A stretch of 64,000 nt of DNA from Callorhinchus milii (taxonomy: Eukaryota): assembly GCF_018977255.1 (NCBI RefSeq), contig NW_024704743.1, forward strand, positions 59,274,001 to 59,338,000. Reading direction: 5' to 3'. Under the pieces are notes generated by a model. The model had not been told where the DNA came from, searched no databases, and was given only the letters and a program-made list of their open reading frames with translations. The translations under genes and the position numbers were made by a program. Of this stretch, positions 1 to 13,640 are shown one piece after another (position 1 is the stretch's first letter; each line of letters starts with the position of its first letter).

Positions 1-1137
1 AACTGTTAAACTGTTCAAAATATAAGGCATTCTTCCAAATAAACAACTTTTTGTTCCATGAGGTACTTTATAGTGTTTCTTTTTAACTTGAATCTTTGAG
101 GAAGTTATATTGTAGATGATCCAGAGTAAGCTTGAAACAATACTTCAGCAATAATGTCTTATTCCGTAATGTGAGATGTAATCTATCATATTGATATATT
201 ACATATATTATATATCATATATATATATATAAAAGTCTATATGATGTATGAATATAAACATACGGTTTTGTATAGCTGGCTCCCAACTTTCTCAGATGTA
301 TTTTTGTCCTCTTTACTTGTCTCTGACCAAATCCGACACTACACGGGAAAGCCTCACCCATGTCTGTCACCTCCAGACTAGACTTCTCATCATCGTTTTT
401 GTTGGCCTCTCCTGCTCTATCTTCCACATCCTCCAGCAGCTACTTCTGTCCTGTACCAAGCTCCAGGATCCCATCACCCCTAAGCTTGCCGCCTCCACTA
501 GCTCCCTATCCCCCACTTAATGAACATTAAATATCCTTGTCCTCACATTCCTCTGTAGTCTCTTGTGATCCTATTCTCACTCAATGCATCCATTACCAAC
601 TCTGGCCTCTTATGTCTCCCAGTTGCTCTGCATCACAATTGGCAGGCGAGCTGGCAACCATTCTCTGCAATTCTTCCCAAATCCCTAAAATTGCTAGCCT
701 AGAACAGCTTTGGTTCCTTTTTCAGTGTGTTTGAATGCTGTGTAGATGATGCTGCACCCTAGTCACTTTGAGGCAAGAGAAATGGCAGCTCCAGTCACCA
801 ACACAGACCAGGAAAGAGCAGTTTTCAGATGTGTTTTCGGACACATGTCCCCCTGCCGAAGCCCTCAGCACAGGTGCACAATCTGCTGTGTGAACCTCTT
901 TAAGATGTCCTCCTGACATGAAAGGCATTTAAATTGATGTAAATAGTTGTTTTTTCCTGTATTCAGTACATGGTTCAAGCTTCCAAAAGTATTTTCGCTT
1001 TCACTGTTTTTGATAAATATAAATTTCACATTAACTTTGCAGAGTCTAAGTGGTGCAGTCATTTCTGGTTTATAATATGTACATGCCTGAAATTAAAGCC
1101 AGTTTCAAATTGTGTCCTTACTTACTTTGCTCTTTAG

Positions 1138-1209
1138 GGTGACTCAGGACTGAAGGGACCAGAAGGATTTCCAGGCAAGCCAGGCAATACAGGAAAAGTG
1201 GGATCAAAG
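1138..1209 (+). CDS. COL28A1: Collagen XXVIII triple-helix exon (72 bp): GDSGLKGPEGFPGKPGNTGKVGSK; the gene starts upstream of the window
   Basis: tttag acceptor, AAG|gtac donor, 8 perfect Gly-X-Y triplets, phase 0-0. Confidence 0.9.
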
Positions 1210-2071
1210 GTACAGTGAACGTTTATACTCTTCCCCTCTTCACCCCCCCATATCTTCCTCTCCTTTGAGTGAAGGTGATGTCTCATGCTATGGCATAGTT
1301 CCCCGAGTGCAGGCAGCTCTCTGGTACATCTCTTAGAGAGGTCCCACCACCATGCCTCATCTTGTTGATGCGCCTATTCAACAAATGTTTTCTAGTAGAA
1401 TTCGGAGGATACTGATCATAAGATCACAAGTTTGGTTTCGATGAAGAAGGTCCTTCAGTCCATCCGATGTCATCCTTCATTATTGTCCTCCCATCACAGT
1501 ATTGAGCTATTTTTTAAAATGAGTCCAGGGTCCTGGCCTCTCCCACCATTCCTGGCAAACTGTTCCCATCGTTAATTACACTGTGGATAAAGAAACACTT
1601 CCCAGTATCTGTCCTGAAATTGTGCTTTGCAACTCTAAATCTATGTCCTCTTGTTCTACTGCTTTGGAACACCCTAAAGCACAAACCAAGGATCAAATCG
1701 GAAATATTTGTGGTTTGTGTATCTCAGTACCACAGAGATTTGTTAATTTAGTGGCTAATCATTCAGGAAGTTCTAAAACAGATTACTTCACAAGGTCACA
1801 GGACCTTGAGAGGAGAGAGTTATTTTCGGGTTGCTTGATTTCATGATTCCAGAATTCATACACTACCATTTCAGCATTGTTTGAAAAGAAAAGGGAGTTT
1901 CTCCTGGTGTCCTGGACAACAATCCCTCAAATAAAATTGGTGATGCACTTCACAGCTGTTTGTGAGGCACAACTGTGCATAAATTGGCTGCCACAATTGC
2001 CTACATTTACTCCCAGTCACTACATTTTACAATACATTTTGTGAAGCCTGTGAGACAACCTCCTAATGTGA

Positions 2072-2860
2072 AAAACAACAGCAACAAAATTACATTTGTG
2101 TAGTGCCTTTCATGTTGGGAGGATGTCCCAAGGCACTGGACAGCAGAGTTTCAGACCCGAGCTGAGGGTCAGGGTCAGGGAGGAAGCAGGGAGATCGAAA
2201 GCACAGTCGAAGAGGAGAGTCTTTAGATGGGTCTTGAAGGAGGCAAGGGAGGGGGCAAGGCAAAGGGACTGCAGGATGAAGTTGCAGAGGGTGAGGGCAG
2301 AGTGGCAGAAGGCCCGCCCACCAATAGTGGGGCAAGCGAGGCAGGGGACGTGAAGCAGGCCGGAGCCAATGGGCGGAGGGAGCAAGCAGGATGTTAGGGA
2401 GTCACAGGGGTAGGGGGGAGCAAGATCATGGAGGGCTTCGAAGGGGATGACCAGGATCTTGTACTGTATCCTCTGTGATGGGAAGCCAGTGGCCTTGGGC
2501 GAGCATGGGGTCGATAGGGTCACAGAGCCTGGTGTGGGAGAGAATGCAGGCTGCAGAGTTCTGGATGATCTGCAGCCTGTGGAGGGAGGAGTTGGGGAGG
2601 TTGACAAGCATTGAGTTTGCATAGTCGAGCCTCGATGTAATGAAACCATGTACGAGAGTTTTGGCGGCTTGCGGTGTTAGACAGTGGCGGAGCTCAGCAA
2701 GGTTGCGGCGATGGAGGAAGGCAGAGTAGGTCATGGCACGGATGTGGGGTAGAAAGGATAGTTAAGTGTCAAACAAGACGCCAAGGTTCCAAATTGGCTT
2801 AGCGAGGTGGACTGTGCAACCATAGATGGTGATGCTGTCAGCGCCTGAGGTGAGGAGGCG
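2072..2860 (-). mobile_element. L2 LINE 3' fragment
   Basis: FITSRLDYANS..QNSAA..HWLP translation; L2-type tail. Confidence 0.88.
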
Positions 2861-4903
2861 CTATATCAAATGCAAGATTATTATTAAGATTTAAATGAGT
2901 CCAGCATCCTGACCTCTACTACTCTACCTGGTAACCCATTCCACCTATTAAGTTCCCTTTGTGTAAGGTTTTTAGTTTTTGCCCAGCTGAATTGAACTAA
3001 CCAGATTCATGCAAATTCTACTTCCCCAGCTTTGTTTTGCACTCCCCTAGATTTATGTGGAATACAGATATTAATGTTATTAACTTTATTTTTGCTCCTG
3101 TGACAATTCTACCTATTGCCAGGCCTCTTTTATCATTTCTACTCTGTGTGAGAGTTATGTTTTGTAAGTGCAGACATGTGCTTTCAGATGTCCCTCTAAA
3201 TGCTTTCTTTCCATACGTTGGACATGTGTTTTCGGTCCCCTCCACCTCATGGAAAGCAGAAAGGAGGGCGGATGTGATACATATGTAAAGAATTACAGCT
3301 TCATAAAGTGCTCTGCGCGGCTGATTTTAACATTCATTCAAAACCAACTTCTGAAGACTTTGAACAAACAAACAAACAAAGTTGTAAAGTTAGCCTTTAG
3401 AATGCTGACCCGTTGACAGAAACTCCCGCCTTCATGGGCCGATGGTTCTGTCCACTTTTACTACTGCATTGTGACATCGCCCATAAAATACAGTAAATTC
3501 ACTTTACAGTGTATTCTGTGAAGCGCTTTGAGATGTCTCGAATATGTGATGAGGCGCTATATCAAAAAGCAAGGATTATTATCATTGCATGCCACAATGT
3601 TATGTCAATGAAGCAACTCGGACTAAATGATAGGCTGACTACTGCATTGTTAGTGGTGGTGGAGGTGAGGTGATACAGGATGTGATGTGATAACAAAATA
3701 GGATGTGATGTACTAAAATTAATATTTAATAATCAATCAATGCCCTGTGGTGAGAGTTGGGAAGTATCTGTTACCAAATCTGTCACTAAGGACAAGTTTT
3801 AAGGCCACCTTTTATATCACATTTTCCACTTTTGACCCTAAACTACTAAACAAACATAATTTTAAAGAAAAAGAAAATACTTTAAATATTTACATTACTT
3901 CTCCATTCTTCCCTTTGTATTTTTAAAAAATATTTATTTTTTTGTGACTGTGACAACCCGCTTCTTCACAGACCTCGATTCTAATTATTTTCCACTTTAA
4001 AATCTGTTTCTTTTTTGATGGAACTCTTTAAAATAATTAGAAATACAGATGGAGTATCTGTACATGAACTGGATATTCGACTTACAAATTAGAGAGCATA
4101 GCGTTAAAATTAAACGGGACTATAAATTAGAAGGTTATTTCCCCCAAACCATAGTGGATACGTGGAACAGACCCACAAGAGAAAATAATTGTTGGAGGAT
4201 TTTGAGGTACGTGCAGATTGAAGTGAACTATTGCGGATGAGGGGGAGAGAAGGCAAAATTGTCCATTGTGGGAAGGAGACTGGGTTTGTAGTAGTGGAGA
4301 TATGTGATGAATCAATGTGGAGTTTTTTGTTTGTTGTTCTGTTTAGTAACCTAAGCTGTTATGCTTTAAAAGTTGGCTTTTGCCGACCTGAGATGTACAA
4401 TATGTCAGATCAATGTTCTTTCACATCAGGGACTGGGATTTGAATTCAGCCCAGAAAGAGAGAATGATTGTTTTCTCAGCTGTCAAGTACTCTAAAGGAA
4501 ATGAGATGGATCCGCTATCGAGTCGTTAAAATTTTGTTGAGAAAAACATAATCGGCTGGTAATATGACAAAAAGGACAACGCCAATTTACATTCATATAG
4601 GATTATGTCTTGAGCGTTTCATGAAGAAAGGGGTGGATGCCGAAAAGGTGAGGAGGATGAAGGGAGAAGGTTACCATTGTGGTGTCCATCGAAGAGGTTG
4701 GTTTTTAGGTGGGATTTAAAGACACAAAGAGGGGCCAAGACAAAGAGGTACAGGGAGGAGATTCCATTTGATAGGGGCATCATGACACAATCACAGAGTG
4801 CAAATGCCATGGCTTCAACGTTTTCAATTTGACCACCAGTTAATGTTTTCCTGTGTTTTCCCATGTTCCTAATTTACAGTGAATTTTTATTTTATTTCTC
4901 CAG

Positions 4904-4972
4904 GGAGAACAGGGAGACCAAGGCCCAACCGGGCCCCCAGGGCTTACTAGAAAAGGAGAACCAGGTAAAAAG
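4904..4972 (+). CDS. COL28A1: Collagen exon (69 bp): GEQGDQGPTGPPGLTRKGEPGKK, with a G4G imperfection
   Basis: ctccag acceptor, AAG|gtaaat donor, Gly-X-Y repeat. Confidence 0.9.
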
Positions 4973-6352
4973 GTAAATGTCACATTATTGTGTTGCGTTA
5001 TGGTGTATCACAAGATCGGTTTGGATGAAGAAGGCCCTTTGGCCCATCTGATCATTCGTCCAGAACTCACTCTACCCTCCTCCCATCACAACACCAAGTT
5101 GCTTTTTTAAATGAATCCAGTGTCTTGGCCTCAATGTTTCCAGTCATTGATTACTCTCTGGGTAAAGAAACACTCTCTGTGTCTATCCTGAAATTGCACT
5201 GTGCAACTCTAAACCTATGACCTCTTGTTCTACTGTCTTATTGCATTTTTAAGTATTGTTCTGGGTTTACTTTTTCAATTCCTTTTGATAATGTTATACA
5301 CTCTATGAGATCCCTTCTAAGGCGTCTTCTTTCAAGATAGAGGAACCCTAGCTTTTCTAATCACTTAAAAGATGTCCAGAGTTTGTCATGATCTTAGCCT
5401 TAAAACGATTGGCTTAATAGGTAAGACTGCACAGAATTTTGGAATGTTCTTTAATTCAATTTTAATTTGAAAGATATTTTTTGTAACACAAACAACACAC
5501 ACAGTAAGATCATGCACTGTGCAGGGTTTCCATGTTTCTATCTGGGGCATTGTTTTTGGCAGGTGCTGCAGGTAAAGTACTTTATAGACCTTCCCCCTCC
5601 CTCCTTCCTCCCCCCTCCTCATTAATGTTACAGATTGAATTGTGATCATCACCACAAATAATCCCAGTACTGTCCCACAGACCGCTTTAACAATCCTATC
5701 ACAGAGTTAAGTTTTATTTTTCACTGCAGATCAGCCAAGGGGAGTCAAAATCAGTCCAAAACTCAAATGTATTACTTATTTTGAAACATATGTTTAAAAT
5801 GAGCTGAATCAACTATCCCCAGATGTTTTTCAGATGTTACACCCAACCTTCATCTGCCTGTTTGGGTATAAATGATTCCATGAGACTAGTCAAATGGAGA
5901 ATGGAGTTTCTCCCAGGCTCCTGAGCAACAATCACCAAATAAATTTGTCGCTCACTTCGTGGTTGTTTATCGGGCTTGTTTTGTGCAAAAAATCTGTTGA
6001 GTTTGACCACTGGGGAAAAGAGTCACTAAACTTGTCACTAATTGCTTGTGAAACTCTTTGAGATCTTTTGACCTTACATGCACTGTATTAAATGCAATTA
6101 TCATTATACACTGTGCCATGATTAATAACTCCTGGCTAATAGTAGCCTACTAGTTAATTCAGTTTTGATGGAACTATCAGTTATCAAGACAATATTTCTA
6201 AAATATAAACAGGTGGTAGTAACACACATAGGTCATAGCTTTACAGTCTTCAGAGCCATTCATGGTGGTACCATTGGTGGGAGACTGCATGCAAATCCAG
6301 TGAAAAATGTGCGTGTATGAATCATTAATGGCTCGTTTATTCTCTCTGCCAG

Positions 6353-6424
6353 GGTGATATAGGTGAAAGAGGAACCACTGGATTTAGTGGACCTCCTGGA
6401 CCAGCGGGACCAGCGGGACCTAAA
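6353..6424 (+). CDS. COL28A1: Collagen exon (72 bp): GDIGERGTTGFSGPPGPAGPAGPK
   Basis: gccag acceptor, AAA|gtaagc donor, 8 triplets. Confidence 0.9.
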
Positions 6425-7698
6425 GTAAGCTTCACATCATATGGTTTGGTTTGAAGGGAACTTTTTGAAGTGTTAATACAGGAGTTTGAGCAATAAAAAA
6501 ACATAACCCACACACTTTGGATGAAGAGCGAGGCAGCTGCAGCCTGTTGGCTGGAGAGAAGTCATTTGTATTAATATGGATTGGTTTGGTTGTTTGAACC
6601 ACTCTACTCTGAACTCTGTATGAACAGTGCTTGAACCATTCTTATCTTCCAATCTAAATAGCTGGTCCCTCAGCATTTGCATAGATAAATTGTCCTACTA
6701 CCCTAAGGGCCCATCCTCTTAGGACGTATGTAGTTTTTAAATGTTGAATCACCACAAAGCAAGATTTTCAGGCTGATTAAACATTCAGTGCATATCGTGT
6801 TTTAAACTGTAGGCCATAACAATTCCAGGTGGACTAATTCAAAAGTTGAAGATGGAATGTTATTTTTAAACCAAATGATGGAAAAGAATTGTGAATCACT
6901 TTAGCACCCTTGTTTTAGATGATCCTATAGCAGAGCCTTGTTATAACAATCCATAAAGCCCCAACCCACACTACACAGACGGGGCTGGCTGCTCACACAG
7001 TCAGGTGCCACAGTACAAAACAACAGCTTCTTGAGAAGAGGGGAGCAAATGGGGAAGAGAGACAAAGAGGCTGCTTAGCTGTAAAATGAATAGTTTTCTC
7101 ACAGTAATAAAGCATGTAATCCAAACTTTTGAAGACATTTAGGGTGTATTATTTACTTGTGGCATTTCTCAGATTTGATATAAAAAAGGATTACCATTTT
7201 TGTTTGCTTACCACTCCAATGAGATTTTGTAACTAGTCTGATGGCTTGCCCTGCCTATCATAGTGATGAAAGGCTTTGATGACCGCACTCAATAGCACTC
7301 ATTCTTACTTCTACTTTGGAAACTGGCAAAATGAAGGAAAGTAAATGGTGGCTTCAAGCAAATTTCCTCCCAATTTCTTGCCCCTGAAGGGGAAGGCTTT
7401 TGCTGAGGTGTGTTTCCACAGCCCATTGAATGGTTCTTCAGGTGTGAGCTAAAGCCCTCAGTGTCGGCCAGACATTCACTGAAAGGAGTATCGAAGATAA
7501 CCTCAGTCCTGTCCTCACATCCATATGTTACAGCAGGCAACTTTTTGCATTCGTCGGATATTTTTCCCCTTCTCCAGTGACCAGAGGTAGTGACATTAAG
7601 TAAAAAGTTCTTCCAGTGGTACCTGTATTTAATAGTTCTGTAACAGAATGAAAATTTTGACAGATGTTGCTACTAAACTAAATGTGTTGTGATTTCAG

Positions 7699-7767
7699 GG
7701 AGAGCCTGGGTATTCGGGAAGAATTGGTCTGCCTGGCCAAGAGGGTAAAGGACTTCCAGGAGCAAAG
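7699..7767 (+). CDS. COL28A1: Collagen exon (69 bp): GEPGYSGRIGLPGQEGKGLPGAK, with a G1G imperfection
   Basis: tttcag acceptor, AAG|gtaaga donor. Confidence 0.9.
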
Positions 7768-8380
7768 GTAAGAGAACAGTCTGACTGTTAAAATGCTATC
7801 AAAGAGCTGCAAATATACAGACATGGGGATTTCTGCAAATTTTTCCAACATTGCTGGCCATGAGTAGGCTGTAAGCTTAGCTTAGTAATGCAGCCCAGCA
7901 CTAGAATTAGACTGCATCATATGCCAATCAAAAACTGTGATTTGTTGCTTTGGAAATAGTAGCTTGTTTTCTACATGTGCAGCTGCTCCTGAGCTGCAAC
8001 CAGTGGTGCACACTGTACATATAGCTCCACCTGACACTGTAAAGGCAGTAAATCCACAGCACCTCAGCCTTGGTGACTGAGAGCCATCAAATGATTCAGC
8101 CGTATAGACTAATGTAACATACAGTGAACTTAAGACTAGTAGCAGCGACTCTATGACTGCTTCCCCATTATTTGCAGATGTTGTCAATGTCACACCATTT
8201 AGCAGGAAGAGGAATTTCACTCCAGCAATGTCCATCCAAAGAAAGGTTGTCAAAGATCCAAAATCTCTCAAGATCTTAATCTTGAAAGTATTACCTTAAC
8301 ATTTAAGATCGTGCAGAATTTGGGAAAATTCTTAAATGCAATCCGAGACTGGGATAAATTTCAGGCCGGCTGATCTTTGA

Positions 8381-8742
8381 TAATAATAGTAATCCTTGCA
8401 TTTGATATAGCATCTTATCCCATCTTCGAGAGTCTCAAAGTGCTTCACAGAATATACTGCAAACTGAATGTTTTGTATATTTTGTGAGCGAAATGCAGCA
8501 ACAAATTGCACACAGCAGTGTCCCACAAACAGTCATTTGTGACCAAATTTTTTTTGAGGGATTATTACCCCTGGAAAGCAATCCGCCGCTAATGACTAAC
8601 AACCAGGTTCCTGCTTACTGCTAGGTAAACAGAGGCGTGTGGAGTAAGGAAACTTGCCTGACATCTAACCCTGCCCGGGAATCAAAGCCAGGTTCTTTTG
8701 TTTGTGAGGCGAGCGCTCTAACCAATACACTTCAGGAATCCA
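8381..8742 (-). mobile_element. Longer SINE subfamily with an extra ~65-bp internal segment; also at 54045-54396 (-) and 31380-31860 (+, split by an L2 piece)
   Basis: Shared insert TGTTTACCTAG.AGTAAG.AGGAACCTGGTT...TTGCTTTCCAGGGG between head and core. Confidence 0.75.
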
Positions 8743-8792
8743 TTTGAAAATGAATGAAAAGCTAATGTGGTTTAAACATTTTTTCATTGTAG

Positions 8793-8861
8793 GGGGACCA
8801 AGGACTGCCTGGGCCACAAGGTGATGCCGGTGACCCAGGAATTGGATTAGTTGGACCTAAG
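8793..8861 (+). CDS. COL28A1: Collagen exon (69 bp): GDQGLPGPQGDAGDPGIGLVGPK
   Basis: tgtag acceptor, AAG|gtac donor. Confidence 0.9.
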
Positions 8862-9419
8862 GTACAAGAATTGGGGCATCAAGCAAATATTGTCCGAATA
8901 ATAGTTATAAATCTGCACACATTTTATTTTCTAAACCAGCTATGTTCAGTTAAAAACTAGTTATCAGGAGGGCACAAAAGAGGTCAGATGAAGAGGGTGC
9001 TTCAAGCCATTTTCTCTCATCCTTCCCTCAGTTTTAAATTGAATTAAATATTCCTTTGCCTGTTTGTTTGAAATTCCTGGAAGTACAATACCAACGGGGT
9101 TGGAGAAGCACTTGTGGTTAAAGATAGCAGCAGGGATGAGATCTTGATGCTGGGAACATCATGCTGCCCCATGAGAACTCAGCTCTACGCAGAACTAATC
9201 TAAGTTTTTTAAAAATAAAATTCCTCCCCATCTGGATTATTTGATCGCTTTTGCCTTTGTACTACCACCGAATCTGTTGACAGAAAGAACTTTGCAAATG
9301 TTTTAGGAAATGTTTCCATAGATTTCTCTCTCAGTGTCCGTGATAAACTGTTGAACACTTTGCCTCAATGATTGTAATTTGGGACTGATATCTACTGCTG
9401 TTGATTTCATGTTCATTAG

Positions 9420-9488
9420 GGAAATCGTGGACATCTTGGACCACGTGGGGCCCCTGGACCTAAAGGAGATGGGTACATTGGCCCTCCG
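9420..9488 (+). CDS. COL28A1: Collagen exon (69 bp): GNRGHLGPRGAPGPKGDGYIGPP, with a non-canonical GC donor
   Basis: cattag acceptor; CCG|gcaagt is the only frame-preserving donor and gives the same 69-bp size as the neighbouring exons. Confidence 0.85.
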
Positions 9489-10667
9489 GCAAGTGGTGAT
9501 AATGATTTAATCTTGTAGCAGTTTATTTAACCCTATACGTCCCAGAGTGATCATAAACAGGTAATTGCATGAGCCAAATATACTAAAACCCAGGCTATCC
9601 ACACTAATGGTGGGGGGGAGATCGGTCCGGTGAGCCACAATTTACAGCTAAATGTAATTCCGGTATTGGCATTGTAATTGTTGGAATCCTACGAGCAGAA
9701 GAATAAGATCATGGGATTCAAACAATTTGAGTCAAAGTTGACATCCCTGACCACAGTGAAGCCCAGCGAGGATGATAAGTTGGGAACATGCACAAGGAGA
9801 GTTGCACTGGTGGGAGTCCACAGACATGTTTGTTTAGTTTTGTTTTTTGGTTTGTGGTCCCAGTCTGGTTAGGTCTGAATTCCAGATCCCCAGAGTGCGG
9901 TAAACCAGGGTACTGTGGCGACAACCTAGCTCTGGTACAATACTGTAGGATTTCACACTTGCAGGAATCACCTAAATTTCAAGTGCTGTTTTGCGGGATT
10001 GGTTTGCAATATTTCTTAATTAGACTCCTTATTTTTTGACTGAGTTTTCTTTAATGAGAACTCGGTCACAAATACTGGATCTTGTCAGTAATTGGATGTA
10101 TGTCACGCTAACTCACAGGAATTTCACATTCTATTTACGGGCATATCTATGGGGAGCAGTGAGCAACTCTGCTCAGACGATTGAGTGAACTGGTTAGATT
10201 GCACAATAATTGCTTTTCATCAGTGGTGCTAATTGCAAGCTATGTGGTTTTACCTGTTTAGACTCCAGGAGTACCCCAAACGCACACTCTGGGGTCTCCA
10301 AACCTTGGCTCCTAGCAACCTGCTTCCTGCTTACTTCATTCCATGCCAACAACCTATTTCTGGAATTTCCATGTGTAGGTGGGATGCATGTAATTCTCAG
10401 TTTGGTTTGGATATTTTTAAGCATGGGGATGAGTTTCCACCTGTGTCAGACACCCGGCTGACAAAAAAAAGTGCTAATTGGCTTGTCCTTTGGGTGAGAA
10501 AAGAATTTCCAATATGTGATAGTTTTAGGCTCCTGTTAAGGTTGCCACAAGGACAATGCTTTGAGAATATCAGCTTCTACTGTCAGAACCATCACCTTAT
10601 TAATAAATACTTTGCAAGTTGTTTTGGCCTGTTCAGAGTTACAAGAGTGTTTGAAATTTTACTTCAG

Positions 10668-10736
10668 GGCATTCAAGGATCCGTAGGCCCACGTGGGGAT
10701 CCAGGGGAAGATGGCAAAGGATTGCCTGGAGATAAG
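10668..10736 (+). CDS. COL28A1: Collagen exon (69 bp): GIQGSVGPRGDPGEDGKGLPGDK
   Basis: ttcag acceptor, AAG|gtaaat donor; this is the tail of ORF 10233..10745. Confidence 0.9.
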
Positions 10737-11267
10737 GTAAATTGATGTGTTTTCATTACCATGTGTATTTCTCAAGGTGATGGAAGTCAGTGCTGGAGTA
10801 TAAGTATATATGCACTGTCCAAGACAGAGGATAGCTGTGCCCTTAGCCTAAAGATGATTGTCTCAAAATGTAATATTATGCAGAATTTTGGAAATTATTC
10901 ACTTCATTATTATTTTGATGCCAGTTATCTGTAAATCTTAAAAAGACAAGGGTAAAGTGGGGGTGCAATAGAGGTTTTCAAAATAAGGAATATTTTTTGA
11001 TAGGATAGATAGAGAAAGACTGTTTTCATTGAACAGTGAATCAATTAACAAGTGGGAATAAATTGAGGATTATCACTGGAAGAGAAAAGGGAGAGGTTAG
11101 AGAACTCTCCTTGCACTTAAGGGTATTAGCATATGGTGTGCCTTATCAGAAATGGTTAAATCCTTCATAGAATGTAAAAGGAAACTGCACAAGTGCTCAA
11201 GGAAAAATGACACTAAATTGGATGAAGGAAGAGGAAGAGCAGTGAAATAGGATTAGTGTAGATATAG

Positions 11268-11499
11268 TGGATTCCTGTAGCTCAGTGGTTAGAGCACTCG
11301 CCTCGCAAGAGAGTGACCTGGGTTCGATTCCTGGCAGGGCAAAACCTTGGGAAAGTTTCCTTACTACACACGCTTGATAATAATCTCAAGAAACAAAAAC
11401 AATAATAAATTGGTCAATGAATCCATGACTGTTGTGGGATACTGCTGTGCGCAATTGGCTGCCACATTTCGCCCACAATATACGGTCAATTCACTTTAT
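11268..11499 (+). mobile_element. tRNA-derived SINE, interrupted at the 3' end
   Basis: Head and core present; tail displaced by ~150 bp of unrelated sequence. Confidence 0.8.
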
Positions 11500-12204
11500 C
11501 CTGGCTTGCGCTATAACAAGGTGTGATAGCTGGTTTCACTGAGCATATATTAAGCTCCTTGCCTGCACACCAGCTGGTTCCTATCACCAACTAAATAGTT
11601 GATTTGCAAATCATGCAGTCTGCCTTAAGAACTATCTTTTCAACCACGCAGCTGTGTAAAGCACTTTGAGACGTCCTCCTGATGTGAAAGGGGCAATATA
11701 AATATATTGTTGTTATCATCATAAGGTTACTGCTGACATAATTTCCTGTGTCTTTTTCATGTGCACGTAGATGGCATGTGCTTTGGGACGTCCTCCCGAC
11801 GTGAAAGACGCTATACAAATGTAATTTTGTATTGTATACATATGTGGAAACCTCAGTCTGATGTGGAAGCCACAATCTGATTACTCCAACATGGGTTGTC
11901 ATATGTGTCAAACACTCAGCTGACCAAAAAAATGCTTTTTACACATCCTGTTGTCATAGTTACCCTGACAATGAAAGTGATGGATCTGCTGTCACTTCTA
12001 CGTCCATTTCAAACCATCCCTGATCAAAGTGTAAACATATTGCACATCTGTTGGAAGGTTATACTCAGTACCACAAGAACGAGGGAAAATTTTTCAGTGT
12101 GTGCATTTCCTGAAAGCCTTGCTATTATTTTGTGTTAGAGTTATTGTTGCAACATTACTAGTAAAGTACACAACATAACTAAAGGCTGTTTGCAAACCTT
12201 TCAG

Positions 12205-12273
12205 GGAGAAATTGGATATCCGGGGCCTACAGGTCAAAGAGGTTTTCAAGGGGTAGGATTTCCTGGTTTAAAG
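12205..12273 (+). CDS. COL28A1: Collagen exon (69 bp): GEIGYPGPTGQRGFQGVGFPGLK
   Basis: tttcag acceptor, AAG|gttagt donor. Confidence 0.9.
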
Positions 12274-12577
12274 GTTAGTGTTGATTGCAACCTGGGTAAG
12301 GGTAATGGAAAAGAGCAGAGAAATTTGCAAATCCGGTGGGGGTGGTGGAGGGGGATGGAGTTTGGGGAAGGGAAACTGGAGACCGTCATGACAGACCAAA
12401 TAACCTTATGTGCTGAAATTTCTATGACTTCTTACTATGTTTAAAAACATACACCCAGAAGTGTCCATATTGGTGTTGAAGTTTTTATTACCATAAGTAT
12501 AGACAAACTGCGACCAGATGGATAATTTAATAATGTTTGCACCCAATAGTAAAATTTATAACACCCAATTAGGATTG

Positions 12578-12892
12578 TGGAGCCCTGTAGCTCAGTGGTT
12601 AGAGCACTCGCCTCACAAGCGAGAGACCTGGGTTCGATTCCCAGCAAGGTGAAACCTTGGGCAAGTTTCCTTACTACACACGCCTGATAATAATCCCTCA
12701 AGAAAATAAGCAATAATAAATTGGACACTTCAATCAACGACTGTTTGTGGGACACTGCTGTGCGCAATTGGCTGCCACGTTTCGCCCACAAAATATACAG
12801 TTAATTCACTTTACAGTCTATTCTGTGAAGCGCTTTGAGACATCTAGAAGACGTGATAAGGTGCTATATCAAATGCAAGGATTATTATTATT
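12578..12892 (+). mobile_element. tRNA-derived SINE, full length
   Basis: Same head, core and tail. Confidence 0.9.
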
Positions 12893-13047
12893 GAATAGTG
12901 AAATAAAATACATGAGGAACGAGCAGGATGCTGAGATTATTTTAGATTGCTCATGTGGAGAAGATCAGCAATGCAGATTTGATGGGCAAATTAGCTTGTG
13001 TTCTGTGATTCTAAGTTATTCATTGTTTTGCGTGTGCATAAATACAG

Positions 13048-13116
13048 GGAGCTGTTGGGAAACTGGGGCCACATGGACCCAAAGGAGAACAAGGAGAAGG
13101 TATACAAGGATCAAAG
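13048..13116 (+). CDS. COL28A1: Collagen exon (69 bp): [23 protein letters not shown]
   Basis: tacag acceptor, AAG|gtaata donor. Confidence 0.9.
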
Positions 13117-13640
13117 GTAATAAATCTAAGGCCTTTCCTACATTTTCATTTTTAAAGCTTTTACTCTTGTCCGTCTTCCACGTGACCTGCAAGTATAACA
13201 CTTACTTAAACCTGAGGTGGCTATGGGAAGGTTGCAGAAAATGGCAGGAAGGTGAAGAGAAGTTAGTGGGTGAAGGTAAATACATTTGAAATGCAGTTAT
13301 TGTTTAAGCTATCTGTGCTTGTTACTATTTCTTGTAAACATATTATGTTTAATGTTAATGGATCATTCATAGTTAATCTTCACAATTATTTTGTCATTTG
13401 CATCATTTCGATATCTGTAGGAAAGCCAGAGGTCTGGAATTTCAGGTAGTCTTAGCCTGCAAGACCATTTTGTCTTAAAATTTAAGATTAAATAGAATTA
13501 TGAAAAGTTCTTCACTTCAAAGTTAATTTGGAAGCTGATTCTTTTGAAGAACTGTTGAAATTGGCCGCTGAATTAAGGCCACACCCTATGGCTTCATTAA
13601 AAGTTATTTGCACAGTGATTCAATTTCAACACTTTTGCAG

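Noticed and set aside
9527..10200. piggyBac-like TTAACCC start
   Set aside because: No matching GGGTTAA right end or TIR found.
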